From positions 1,980 to 65,979 of the forward strand of contig JBNJGH010000003.1 of NCBI GenBank assembly GCA_051747585.1: a DNA stretch of 64,000 nt, in the 5' to 3' direction. The notes under the pieces are model-generated. The model searched no databases. It was not told where the DNA came from and worked only from the letters and a program-made list of their open reading frames with translations. Below, piece by piece: positions 30,249 to 40,139 of the stretch. Source of the stretch: Candidatus Rifleibacteriota bacterium (GTDB taxonomy: Bacteria > Muiribacteriota > Ozemobacteria > Ozemobacterales > Ozemobacteraceae). Both the position numbers and the translations under genes were made by a program. Each line of letters begins with the position of its first letter. Position 1 is the stretch's first letter.

Positions 30249-31127
30249 TTGAAATCTGAAAACCATACTAACCAAATAATTACAAAGTTATATAAAAAAA
30301 TAAATAAGATTGTGCGGAACAAATTGTTTCCCTCAAGATCACCGTATTTCATGATCATAGGTGCAGAAAAATCCGGCACAAGTTCCTTACATTATTACCT
30401 TGACCAGCACCCACTGCTGGATGGTTCCAATCCCAAAGAGTTACATTATTTTGACCGGGAAAAATATTACAATAAAAACATAATATGGTATGAAAACCAT
30501 TTTTGTTCGTTAAGAAAAAAGATTAAACATTTCGAATCTACCCCTAATTATATTTATTATGAATCTATAGCAAGAAATATTAAGGACTTATATCCAGAAA
30601 TAAAACTAATTTTGCTACTTCGTGAACCAATTAAAAGAGCCTATTCAGCCTGGAACATGCATAAAAAATTTTTCGAGTCAAAAAAATCACCAGTAAGCAA
30701 ATTTTTACCAGATGGTTCCAGCAATCCTCTTTATAATTATTTTTATAAAAACAGATCTACTTTTCCTTCTTTTGAAGAGTGCATCCAGCTGGAATTGGAT
30801 GAGAAGGTCAAAAACACTAAAGAACCGGCTATTGTGAGACGAGGGCTATATTTTGACCAAATACAAAATTACCTGAAATACTTTTCCAGGGATCAACTTA
30901 TGATATTGGGGATCAAAGATTTAAAAGAGCGTAAAATTGAGACTTTAAATAATTTAATGAAATTTCTTGAGCTTCCCCAGTTTAATTGGAAAAGAATAGA
31001 TTTAACGGAAATAAACAAAAGAACCTATACCCAGGCAATGAAAAGCGATACCAGAAAACGACTTCAAGACTTTTATTCAGAACCCAACAAAAAACTATTT
31101 GAAAATTTTGGAGAAATTAATTGGTAA
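30249..31127 (+). CDS. PAPS-dependent sulfotransferase
   Basis: 5'-PSB loop IIGAEKSGTSSL and 3'-PB region LLLREPIKRAYSAW. Confidence 0.7.
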   Translation: MKSENHTNQIITKLYKKINKIVRNKLFPSRSPYFMIIGAEKSGTSSLHYYLDQHPLLDGSNPKELHYFDREKYYNKNIIWYENHFCSLRKKIKHFESTPNYIYYESIARNIKDLYPEIKLILLLREPIKRAYSAWNMHKKFFESKKSPVSKFLPDGSSNPLYNYFYKNRSTFPSFEECIQLELDEKVKNTKEPAIVRRGLYFDQIQNYLKYFSRDQLMILGIKDLKERKIETLNNLMKFLELPQFNWKRIDLTEINKRTYTQAMKSDTRKRLQDFYSEPNKKLFENFGEINW

Positions 31128-31148
31128 AGAACACTTTATGAATATTTT

Positions 31149-32120
31149 TTAACGAACATAGCCGAATTGTTTCAATTTTTTCTTTGAAAAGCCATAATCC
31201 TGCAAAAATAAATTATCTGCACAAAGTATTTCTGACAAATCGTGCTTTTGCGAGTCGTTGAGATAGCTATGAGCATTATCTTTTGTTACTTTTACATTTT
31301 GACACTTTGCAAGAATTTTTGAGTAAATGGGTTTAAGAAAATGAAAATTCTTTAGAAGATAGCCCAAATGAGTTTTTCTTATTTTTTCAACTCGATAATG
31401 AATTTTTTGACTCAGGGTTATCCCCGGGCTAACCTTACCATAAGAGCAATAAACGCTTTTATTACAGGGCTCACTGTTAAACTGGCTTTGAAGCATTTGC
31501 CAATCAAGTTTCAATAATTCGCCAAGCTTACCAAAATAGGAATTCGAATCGTTTTGCAGATCTTCATATAAAATTACCTCAAGATCCGAGAAATATTTAC
31601 TAATATAATTTATCAGGCGGCGATAGAAAAGAATGTCAAAAGCCTCTTTCTCCGGGTTGCGCAGGACGCCAGCAACAAATTTGTTTAAAGAATTCATATC
31701 TTTTTCATTATGAAAAATCCAACGGAACATTTCAACATAATAGGCATAAACAAAACTCGTAGGCTCTCTAAGACTTATAAGTATTTTTGTATTATAAGGC
31801 TTTAATAATTCAGCTAATTTGGGAATCATCTGTTTATGATAAAGATTATGAGAAATTGAAATACATTCTTCACTGATTACATTCATCAGATCTCTGGTTA
31901 ATTGCTCTTCAAGTTCATTTCTTATCAGCGAAATGTTTCTGCCATTTTTCAAACTGCTGAGAATCTGGCCAATGGGGTTGTAAAGACCTTCCTGCAAAAA
32001 AGCTCCATGCCGACCGAGAAAATTGATTTTTCCGTTTGAGTGAAGAGGCATCAATAAATTTGATTGTAAGGAAGTTGTAGCTGTTTTAGGTAATCCAACG
32101 TGAAGAACAATTTTTTTCAT
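31149..32120 (-). CDS. Second sulfotransferase-family protein
   Basis: HVGLPKTATTSLQ P-loop-like PSB motif at the N-terminus and RE...R region; more divergent. Confidence 0.5.
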   Translation of the reverse strand: MKKIVLHVGLPKTATTSLQSNLLMPLHSNGKINFLGRHGAFLQEGLYNPIGQILSSLKNGRNISLIRNELEEQLTRDLMNVISEECISISHNLYHKQMIPKLAELLKPYNTKILISLREPTSFVYAYYVEMFRWIFHNEKDMNSLNKFVAGVLRNPEKEAFDILFYRRLINYISKYFSDLEVILYEDLQNDSNSYFGKLGELLKLDWQMLQSQFNSEPCNKSVYCSYGKVSPGITLSQKIHYRVEKIRKTHLGYLLKNFHFLKPIYSKILAKCQNVKVTKDNAHSYLNDSQKHDLSEILCADNLFLQDYGFSKKKLKQFGYVR

Positions 32121-32123
32121 CGA

Positions 32124-33221
32124 TCAAAATCCATTAACAAGCTCTATTATTACTTTTGTATCTTCTTCATTCTGTACTGAACTAACAGGCAAACTCAAAA
32201 CCTGTTCATGAATAATTTCAGTAATTTTCAACTCAGTAGTTTGCAGGTCCTTTAAAGACTTTTGGCGGTGAGGTGGAATTGGATAATGGATCATTGTCTC
32301 GACACCATTTTCAAAAAGATATTTTTGCAAATTCTTTCGATCTTTTGCCCTTATAACAAATAAATGCCAGACATGACTATCATCTTGTATGAATTCGGGC
32401 AAAATGATTGCTGAATTGGAGATGCTTTCACAATACAACCTTGCAATGTTTTTACGCTTATTATTCTCCTGATCAATGTATTTCAACTTTACTCTCAAAA
32501 AGGCGGCCTGAAGTTCATCGAGCCGACTATTAACTCCCAGGTAATTATTGACGTATTTTTTATCACTTCCATAATTTCTCAATGCTTTAATACAGGTTGC
32601 CAACTCTTTGTTATTAGTTATTACAGCGCCCCCATCACCTAAAGCACCCATATTTTTTCCCGGGTAAAAACTGAATCCCGCAGCATCGCCAAAAGAACCG
32701 GCTTTTTTACCGAATTGGATTGCGCCATGTGCCTGAGCAGCATCTTCAATTACTAACAAGTTATGTTTTTTAGCAATTCTTACTATTTTATTCATTTCAG
32801 CAACGCGGCCATAAAGATGAACCGGCATAATAGCTCTTGTCTTTCTGGTAATAAACTTTTCTATTAAAGTTGCATCTATATTGTATGATTTAATATCTGG
32901 CTCGATTAGAACAGGCTTTAAATTATTTTCAGTTATAGATAGAATGGTCGCAAAATAAGTGTTAGCCGGAACAATTATCTCGTCACCCTCAGTTAATAAC
33001 CCAAGCTCTTTGTAAGCTCTCAAAATAAGGGTTAAGGCATCGAGCCCATTAGCAACACCAATACAATATTTTACCTTATTATAAAGCGCAAACTCTTTTT
33101 CGAACGAATCAACCTCAGTTCCCAAGACATACCAACCCGAGTTCAGCACTCGCTCAAATGCCTCACTTAATTCTTGTTTATATTGAAGATTTATTTTTTG
33201 TATGTCGAGAAAGTTGATCAC
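32124..33221 (-). CDS. fdtB: DegT/DnrJ/EryC1-family PLP-dependent sugar aminotransferase (dTDP-3-keto-6-deoxyhexose 3-aminotransferase-like)
   Basis: Family-typical N-terminus and PLP-Lys region; it sits in an fdtA-fdtC-fdtB arrangement. Confidence 0.75.
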   Translation of the reverse strand: MINFLDIQKINLQYKQELSEAFERVLNSGWYVLGTEVDSFEKEFALYNKVKYCIGVANGLDALTLILRAYKELGLLTEGDEIIVPANTYFATILSITENNLKPVLIEPDIKSYNIDATLIEKFITRKTRAIMPVHLYGRVAEMNKIVRIAKKHNLLVIEDAAQAHGAIQFGKKAGSFGDAAGFSFYPGKNMGALGDGGAVITNNKELATCIKALRNYGSDKKYVNNYLGVNSRLDELQAAFLRVKLKYIDQENNKRKNIARLYCESISNSAIILPEFIQDDSHVWHLFVIRAKDRKNLQKYLFENGVETMIHYPIPPHRQKSLKDLQTTELKITEIIHEQVLSLPVSSVQNEEDTKVIIELVNGF

Positions 33222-33227
33222 AATATA

Positions 33228-33683
33228 TTATCTCAGTTTTTTTACAATTCTGGCGGGCACCCCTGCCACAAGAGCATTCGGGGGAACATTTGTGGTTACA
33301 ACTGCGCCGGCGGCTACCATCGCCTTGCTTCCGACAATGATTCCAGGCAATATAGTAGCGTTCGCTCCGATAGAAGCTCCCTTACAAATAACTGTTTCGA
33401 GAAAACTATCGGGGTATTTTCCTGATTCAGGATATTTGTCATTGGTAAAGGTCACGTTGGGTCCAATAAATACGTTATCTTCGATTTTTATACCATCCCA
33501 AACCTGAACCCCACACTTGATTGTAACATTATCGCCAATAGTTACATCATTTTCAATAAAACAATGAGAGCAGATATTACAATGTTTGCCAATTTCTGCA
33601 CCTGCCAGAACAACGCAAAATTGCCAGATATTGGTATCTATACCAATATTCTCAGACTGCACATCACTTAATTTATGAATCAT
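33228..33683 (-). CDS. fdtC: Hexapeptide-repeat (LbH) sugar N-acetyltransferase
   Basis: Left-handed beta-helix hexapeptide repeats ([LIV]-G-x-x-x-x). It sits between fdtA and fdtB. Confidence 0.7.
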   Translation of the reverse strand: MIHKLSDVQSENIGIDTNIWQFCVVLAGAEIGKHCNICSHCFIENDVTIGDNVTIKCGVQVWDGIKIEDNVFIGPNVTFTNDKYPESGKYPDSFLETVICKGASIGANATILPGIIVGSKAMVAAGAVVTTNVPPNALVAGVPARIVKKLR

Positions 33684-34072
33684 AATAAAGCCTTGAATTT
33701 GCAGTAATCTCTAATATAATCTTCTTCAGAAAAATAATTGTCTGCCAGAACCATCAAAACACAATCTGGCGAAAAATCATATAACTCCCGCCATGTCATT
33801 TCATCGATAAAAAGCCCTCTATCAGGTGAATCAAGGGTAACTTCCGCCTTTTCAAAACCATCGTCAAGACAACATTTGCAACTGCCATTCAAACAAACGA
33901 CAATCTGCTTTAGTTTTTTATGGGCATGACAGCCGCGTTTAACACCTACTTTGGTATCGAAAATGTAATAAATTCTTTTGATTTCAAAAGGAATATTTTT
34001 CAAACTTTCTAATGCAACAAGCGAACCTCGATCATCGCCCATTATTTCAAAGTTGAAAATTGCAGGTTTCAT
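33680..34072 (-). CDS. fdtA: dTDP-4-keto-6-deoxyglucose 3,4-ketoisomerase (cupin, WxcM C-terminal type)
   Basis: Very close match to the FdtA consensus: KRIYYIFDT ... RGCHAHKKL ... VCLNGSC ... DDG. Confidence 0.85.
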   Translation of the reverse strand: MKPAIFNFEIMGDDRGSLVALESLKNIPFEIKRIYYIFDTKVGVKRGCHAHKKLKQIVVCLNGSCKCCLDDGFEKAEVTLDSPDRGLFIDEMTWRELYDFSPDCVLMVLADNYFSEEDYIRDYCKFKALL

Positions 34073-34296
34073 TGATCAGCCAAGTCCTTTAAGCTTAAGT
34101 CAGCATACTCACAAAACAGGATAACACAACTTTGAACATCAAGCGCAGTGTTCTAATTCATTTGACTTAGCTCACTACAAGTATTAAATTACAGCCTGTT
34201 TAACTTGCGAATCTTCGATATATACTTTTTGAATGCGGTTACAATGTTATTAAAATTTAAAACCTTTTCTTTTAAAATCTTATTCTGGAGCTATCT

Positions 34297-35058
34297 ATGA
34301 GAAAAGTTTTTGATTTTTTTATCAGCAGTCAGGTTCGGCTCTCTGCAATTTTTGACAAGTTTCTTCCAACAATTATGAGAAGAGATGGTTATTCTGACTA
34401 CATCTCAGCCATTATGCCCACAAAGCTTAAAAGGGGCTTAAAAATTGTCGATGTTGGCGGGGGAAAAAAGCCGGTTATATCGTTGGCGCAAAAAGAAGGT
34501 CTGGGCCTCAAAATTACTGGTTTTGACCTGAGCAGCAGGGAATTAAAAAAAGCACCCCAAGGCATCTATGATCATATTTTTACCGGCGATATCTGTAAAA
34601 CCTGCATTAACTTAAATGCTGATCTGGTTATCTGTATAGCAGTTCTCGAGCACGTAAAAGATACAGAAGCTGCCCTTAAAAATATTGCTGCAATGCTTAA
34701 CCCCGAGGGAAAAGCTCTTATTTTTGTACCCTGCCGAAATTCTATTTATGCACAGTTAAATTTAATCCTTCCGCAAAATTTGAAAAGAACTCTTCTTTCT
34801 TTTTTATGCCCCGGAAGTGAAAAATACCAGGGATTTAAAAGCTTCTACGACAGATGCACTCCCGCAAAATTTAAACAAAACGTCCGCAAAGCTTGTCTTA
34901 AAGTAATTGACGAATATTATTATTTTCAAAGCGACTATTTTTCTTTTTTCCTGCCTTTACATGTTCTATACAGATTGACGACTCTTTTACTTCGTAGATC
35001 GCTTGGCAATGATGCCGCCGAAACTTTTACTCTTTTGCTTCAGCGCTCTGATGACTAA
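34297..35058 (+). CDS. Class I SAM-dependent methyltransferase
   Basis: Motif I: KIVDVGGGKKP. Confidence 0.55.
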   Translation: MRKVFDFFISSQVRLSAIFDKFLPTIMRRDGYSDYISAIMPTKLKRGLKIVDVGGGKKPVISLAQKEGLGLKITGFDLSSRELKKAPQGIYDHIFTGDICKTCINLNADLVICIAVLEHVKDTEAALKNIAAMLNPEGKALIFVPCRNSIYAQLNLILPQNLKRTLLSFLCPGSEKYQGFKSFYDRCTPAKFKQNVRKACLKVIDEYYYFQSDYFSFFLPLHVLYRLTTLLLRRSLGNDAAETFTLLLQRSDD

Positions 35059-36262
35059 GCCAGGGCGGCTGATTAGCATAAAACTCTTTATAAAGCATTG
35101 TTATTGCTATTAAAGTAATAATAGTATGGTTCGCGCACAGGCCGGCAATTTTAAAATTCAATGCCAGAAATATTGCCAGAAATATTCTGATAAATGCAAG
35201 TTTAAGCATAATTTTATTCAGCTTTGCTTCAAGCCCGAGACTGTAAAACAAAGGTATCATAAAGGCATTGGGAATAGCCATCCAGAGTGATAACCATAAA
35301 AACAAAGCTGCAAGTGTAACTTCGTTAAAAGCATAAAATTTTAAATACCATACCAGTGCACCGATTACCATGACCGAAACACAAACAGCTCCGCCAAGCT
35401 TGAAATGCCTTTTTTTTGCCAGCTCGAGCTCTTGTTTATCTGTTTTGTTAACAGCTTCGTTCATTCCCGGGTATACTGCCTGAGCACTGACATAAGACGG
35501 CCAGATGCATAATTTAAGTGCAGAATCAAGGGTTCCATAAACGCCCAACAGTTCAGGGCTAAAGAATCTGCCTGCCACCAGCGAATCGATTCTTACATAA
35601 ATTGAATTAGCAACTCCCAGCGCCATAAAAGGCCATGCTGTTTTAAACATTAATCTAAATTCATTATTGGATTTTGCAATCGGATGCGCCTGCGAAGAAT
35701 CAATAACTATTGTTTCTATCCAGACACCAATTGCGAGTGCAGCCAGTGCAACATTGGCATTAAAGGATTGAAGACTCGCACAAATTATTATAAAAAGCAT
35801 AGCCGACAAGAAATGAACTATAGAACCGCGCAGAAGCGAGCTATATTCCTGGCGGGCGTGACGATAGCCCTGATTTCCCAGTAAAACGACCCTGCCGACG
35901 CAAAAGAAGAAAGCAGCCAGCCCTGCGCCTTGCCAGCTCCAGGCAATTTCACCGAACTGGTTAAAAATTATAAAAATCAGACCGCCAAAAAATCCTAAAA
36001 TTATTCTGGTGATAATTATTTCAGGAAGTTGGGGATGAGTTCGATTATCTCTGCTGCCAAACAACACAGGAAAAGCTTTTGCCATACCCATATCAGCAAT
36101 TTGCGACACAACAAAAGCTGCATTTGAGATAAAAAAGAATTTGCCCGCTTCTGCTTTTGAACTGAATATTATCAAAGCGAACTGCAAAAGTGGAATTGCC
36201 GCCAGACTCATGGTTCTGGCAAGAGCGAAAGGTAAAATTTTTCTAAAAATAAATTCGAACAT
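35027..36262 (-). CDS. Wzx-like polysaccharide flippase (MOP superfamily)
   Basis: About 12 TM helices and a Wzx-like N-terminus; it lies within the glycan cluster. Confidence 0.6.
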   Translation of the reverse strand: MFEFIFRKILPFALARTMSLAAIPLLQFALIIFSSKAEAGKFFFISNAAFVVSQIADMGMAKAFPVLFGSRDNRTHPQLPEIIITRIILGFFGGLIFIIFNQFGEIAWSWQGAGLAAFFFCVGRVVLLGNQGYRHARQEYSSLLRGSIVHFLSAMLFIIICASLQSFNANVALAALAIGVWIETIVIDSSQAHPIAKSNNEFRLMFKTAWPFMALGVANSIYVRIDSLVAGRFFSPELLGVYGTLDSALKLCIWPSYVSAQAVYPGMNEAVNKTDKQELELAKKRHFKLGGAVCVSVMVIGALVWYLKFYAFNEVTLAALFLWLSLWMAIPNAFMIPLFYSLGLEAKLNKIMLKLAFIRIFLAIFLALNFKIAGLCANHTIITLIAITMLYKEFYANQPPWLSHQSAEAKE

Positions 36263-36361
36263 AACTTTTTGTTTTATTGGAATGCTGATAATACTGTTTA
36301 TTGATTATTTTGTCATCAACCCTTTCGCTCAACTGAAGAATACTGAACAAAAAACCAGATA

Positions 36362-36718
36362 TTCTCGGTCAATTATTATCAGCTGGTTACCAAAATTTTT
36401 GGTTTTACTTCTTTTTGTCAAATATAGAATTTAAACCACCGAGATCACCGAGGCCACCGAGTGGATTTTTTTATCTTTTTCAGCCGTGGATTGTCCGGGG
36501 GACAATCAGCCGGCGACTTTTTGTCGCCGGCTTTCCCGGCATAAGCAAGCTCTAAGAAAAACACTGGTGCTTTTCTTAGAGCTTGCTTATGCCGGGAACA
36601 AGGCTGAAAAAGATTCTCTGTGCTGCTCTGTGAACTCTGTGGTTATTTTCTTTGTGGCTTTGAGGCTTAGTGTGAGAAATTTTCTTTTTCTTAAACGAGT
36701 TGATGGTAGCTGACCGAG
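36362..36718. repeat. Full copy (R3) of the modular palindromic repeat
   Basis: The core at 36465-36602 is bounded by the 11-bp inverted repeats ctttttcagcc / ggctgaaaaag. Hairpin H1 is at 36479-36497, H2 at 36498-36522, and H3 at 36525-36586 with a 26-bp perfect stem. The flanks are about 90% identical to R4. Confidence 0.8.
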
Positions 36719-36801
36719 AATTGCTGACAAAAAACTGTTGGTTGTTATTAATCTGTCGGTCTATGGTATAATAAGAAAAAATCTTTTAGGAGGCAGGCTG
36801 A

Positions 36802-38478
36802 ATGCGCCGCAATGCTGTTTATAAACATAAAGGTTTCACAAAGCTGGCAGATTATTATTACCGTGAAATTTTAAGCAGAAATCCGGTAACCGCCACCTGG
36901 CTCGGGGAGCATTCTTTTGATGGGTTTCTACCGGAAACCGGAGCAGAAGCCATTGAACGCAACAATTCTTTTTTGCGGGAAATGCGAAACGCTTTTCTAT
37001 CTCTGCCAGAGGGTGAACTGTCTATCGACGAACGTCTTGATCGAGACATAGCCGTTCATTTTGCTTCGACTCAATTATTTCTAGAAGAAGATCTTCAAAG
37101 GTGGAAAATGGGCCGTGATTTGGCTATGAATATTGGCGATTCTCTCTTTTTACTTTTCACCAGAGACTTTGCCCCTCTCCATGACCGGGCAGAGAAAATG
37201 ATTTTACGCTTGAAGTCTGTTCCTGCCTATCTGATGAGGAGCAAAACCCTTTTTCAAAACGTCCCTGCCCTCTGGGGAGAAATATTCCTGGAATCTATGA
37301 CTCAGCTACCAGGATTTATAGAAACAGTTCAACAAAGCATAAGTCCTCGAATTTCTCCCTTGCTGGCAGATGAATTCGAGAAAGCTGCAGCTAGCGCCAA
37401 AAAAGCAATTGCCGAGTTCAAAAACTGGTTTACCCATGCCATAATGCCTAAAGCTGAACATGACTGGGCAATGGGAGAAAATGCTTTTCAAGCCTATCTT
37501 GGCATAATTAAAACCGGTTTAAACCAGAGTGAAATTCTTGACATTGCCGATAAGACAGCCCAACAAGCAAGAATCGAGCTCGAACTTTTAACTGACGAAA
37601 TTTTAGGAAAAAGCACAGGAAGAGCTGCGGGAGCCAGGAAAGAAGCTCTTAAAAGAATCAGACACCATTGTCCTGCAAACTTTGAAGTCGCATTGGCAAC
37701 CTACCGAGATGCCATAAAAAAATGCCGTGAGTTTGTAAAAACTTCAAGCTTTGCAACTCTTCCCGAAAATGAAGAGCTTGAAATCATGGAAACCCCTGAT
37801 TTCATGTCACATTTAATTCCATTCTCTGCCTATATTGGACCTGAAAGGCATGCAAAAATTCAAAAAGGAATCTACCTTCTCACCCGGGATAAACAGGGAT
37901 CAAATTCAAGCAGATATAACTATGCTGAAATTGCAAATGCAGCCTTACACGAAGGATACCCGGGGCATCATCTTCAGTTAACCGGTCAAAATCTTCATCC
38001 CGGAAAAATCAGGATTTTTGCTGAAAGTCTTGAAATGATAGAAGGATGGGCGCACTATTGCGAAGACCAGTTAAAAGACAAAGGCTTTTATAAATCTAAA
38101 GAGGAAGCCTTTACCCACGCTCTTGACCAATTATTTAACGCGGCCCGGCTGAAAATTGACATTAATTTGCAATGCAAAACCTGGAACTTTGACAAAGCCA
38201 TGCAGTTTTTAATGGAAGAAGCAGGAATAGACAAAGCCTCTGCTTCTGCAGAGCTCAAAAGGTATTCACAGAGTCCAGGATGTCAGTTAAGCTACATCGT
38301 AGGAAAAGAGCTTTTAAATGACTTAAAACATAGCATGAAGAATAAATTGCAAAACGATTTTTGCGAAAAAGACTTTCACGATTTAATAGTCTATGAAGGC
38401 AGTATACCAACTTTCATGGCAAGAAAATATTACCCGGAAATTCTTGAGCAAAATCGCAAATCAACCGGCAGGACATGA
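36802..38478 (+). CDS. DUF885-family protein (putative metallopeptidase)
   Basis: HEGYPGHHLQ motif, and length and N-terminal region typical of DUF885. Confidence 0.55.
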   Translation: MRRNAVYKHKGFTKLADYYYREILSRNPVTATWLGEHSFDGFLPETGAEAIERNNSFLREMRNAFLSLPEGELSIDERLDRDIAVHFASTQLFLEEDLQRWKMGRDLAMNIGDSLFLLFTRDFAPLHDRAEKMILRLKSVPAYLMRSKTLFQNVPALWGEIFLESMTQLPGFIETVQQSISPRISPLLADEFEKAAASAKKAIAEFKNWFTHAIMPKAEHDWAMGENAFQAYLGIIKTGLNQSEILDIADKTAQQARIELELLTDEILGKSTGRAAGARKEALKRIRHHCPANFEVALATYRDAIKKCREFVKTSSFATLPENEELEIMETPDFMSHLIPFSAYIGPERHAKIQKGIYLLTRDKQGSNSSRYNYAEIANAALHEGYPGHHLQLTGQNLHPGKIRIFAESLEMIEGWAHYCEDQLKDKGFYKSKEEAFTHALDQLFNAARLKIDINLQCKTWNFDKAMQFLMEEAGIDKASASAELKRYSQSPGCQLSYIVGKELLNDLKHSMKNKLQNDFCEKDFHDLIVYEGSIPTFMARKYYPEILEQNRKSTGRT

Positions 38479-38479
38479 A

Positions 38480-38986
38480 ATGACTTTTCAGAAACAGCTT
38501 TTTATACCCAACAAAAAAGATTATATTACCGGAGAAAAAAGACCTGAAGTTGACTGCATAATCTGTTCCATTATTTCTAAAGCTCCAGAAGTTACCAATC
38601 TGTTAATCTGGAAAAACAAGCATGTAGCAATTTGTGCAAATCTTTACCCTTACAATGCAGGACATTTACTGTTATTCCCCACACGGCATATAAACGATCC
38701 CAGGGATTACAACAATACAGAAATTATACAGATGCAGATGCTTTTAAGCAGAACCCTCGAGATTTTAGACAAACTCTATCAACCTGCCGGTTATAACATC
38801 GGCTACAACGTGGGCGAAGCTTCAGGAGCGAGCATAGCGCACCTTCATCAGCATGTCGTTCCCAGATATCCCAGAGAACTTGGCTTTGTTGATATTACCG
38901 CCGGGGCAAAAATTATAATAGAAGACCCGCAGATAACCCTTGAAAACTTGAAAAATGCTTTTGCCAATTTCTGCTTGGAATCTTAA
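38480..38986 (+). CDS. HIT-family (histidine triad) nucleotide hydrolase/transferase
   Basis: HLHQHVVPR histidine triad. I chose the start at the ATG at 38480, immediately after the upstream stop. Confidence 0.7.
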   Translation: MTFQKQLFIPNKKDYITGEKRPEVDCIICSIISKAPEVTNLLIWKNKHVAICANLYPYNAGHLLLFPTRHINDPRDYNNTEIIQMQMLLSRTLEILDKLYQPAGYNIGYNVGEASGASIAHLHQHVVPRYPRELGFVDITAGAKIIIEDPQITLENLKNAFANFCLES

Positions 38987-39047
38987 CTTCAGGCATCAAT
39001 TTTTTTATGTTATAATCCTCAAATAACAATAAACGGGAGAGTTTTAA

Positions 39048-39719
39048 ATGAACAAAAAACTGCTTGCAAGCTTGATTATGGGCTTTTTGTGTTTTGCCGT
39101 TACAGGATGGACTTCACCGGAAGGTGACCTGCAATTCCTGGGTTTTTCCAATGAAATGATCGATGAAGTCAACAATGTTCTCGATGTCGAAAATAACGAA
39201 TTTGTTCAAACTCCAGAGAATGATTCGCAGAAGCCAAAAGAGACAAAAACCGAAGCCGACTATTTACAGGAACAATTGGTAGAGCTTGCTAACAGCCGTG
39301 CAATAACCGCAGGTAGAAAAGATAAATCAGAACAAATAAGAAACAAAACCATGAAATTCTGGTCAAAAATGCAACCGGCAAACCAAAATAGCCCTGCAAC
39401 AGATGAGTTGCGTAGCCAGGTTCTTGCCGGGTTAAGAGAATCGCTAACCCTGGCAGGCTACCGCATTATTCAGCTTGACCTGCTTGACCTACCACCTGAG
39501 ATGTCTGAAAATAAATTTAGAGCGGTAGTAAGAGTTACCAAACCTTTAAAAAGCAGAAATTCCTACAGGGAAATTCAAAATAATCTTAAACAAATTAAAG
39601 AAGTTTGTTCAAATGCAGCAACTATTGAAGGTAAAAACTACCTTTCAGAACTAACAACCTTCGTAGCAGAAAATCCTGAAAACAAATATTATTACGAAAA
39701 AACCATTTTGAGGTATTAA
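39048..39719 (+). CDS. Secreted hypothetical protein
   Basis: Signal peptide only. Confidence 0.35.
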   Translation: MNKKLLASLIMGFLCFAVTGWTSPEGDLQFLGFSNEMIDEVNNVLDVENNEFVQTPENDSQKPKETKTEADYLQEQLVELANSRAITAGRKDKSEQIRNKTMKFWSKMQPANQNSPATDELRSQVLAGLRESLTLAGYRIIQLDLLDLPPEMSENKFRAVVRVTKPLKSRNSYREIQNNLKQIKEVCSNAATIEGKNYLSELTTFVAENPENKYYYEKTILRY

Positions 39720-39725
39720 TTACTT

Positions 39726-40139
39726 ATGAGCCTTCTAGCATCGCAACGACAATCAACCCGCCTGATGGTTTATGCGATGGTTTGCACCCTGGTCGTCGCT
39801 TTTGGCAGCATTGGCGCTGTGTTTGCAGCCCATATTGGCCCTCAATATTCACTTATGGGCCTCTTTCTTGGTTCAGCTCTCGGAGCTTTTATTGCTGTTT
39901 TCGAATCAACAATTATAGGCTGCATGACCGGTATGCTTACCGGTTTGGTAGTTTTTCCTCTTGTTTATTACTTTATTGATTTTGAAACTGCTTACCTCAT
40001 AATATTTGTTCTGGCCCTGTTCGGTGCAATAATGGGCGAGCCCCTGGCCTATTTCTGGCGCGAAGCCGAAGAAATCGAAGATGCTGACGACAATATAGAA
40101 AGCTTCAAAGAAAACGACCGGGAGTATTTTGATGAGTGA
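39726..40139 (+). CDS. Small hypothetical membrane protein (3-4 TM helices, acidic tail)
   Basis: Hydrophobic helices followed by a D/E-rich C-terminus. Confidence 0.35.
   Translation: MSLLASQRQSTRLMVYAMVCTLVVAFGSIGAVFAAHIGPQYSLMGLFLGSALGAFIAVFESTIIGCMTGMLTGLVVFPLVYYFIDFETAYLIIFVLALFGAIMGEPLAYFWREAEEIEDADDNIESFKENDREYFDE

Noticed and set aside
36525-36586. H3 hairpins as ordinary rho-independent terminators
   Set aside because: The A/T runs are inside the stem (aaaa/tttt pair with each other) rather than forming a 3' U-tract. Copies occur in both orientations, and R3 sits in a divergent promoter region rather than downstream of genes. Some terminator activity cannot be excluded.
36465-36602. 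Integron attC sites as an explanation for the variable-stem palindromes
   Set aside because: attC sites are imperfect palindromes with extrahelical bases and conserved R/L core sites (GTTRRRY). These stems are perfect, the conserved boxes do not match attC cores, and there is no intI integrase or cassette-like gene array.
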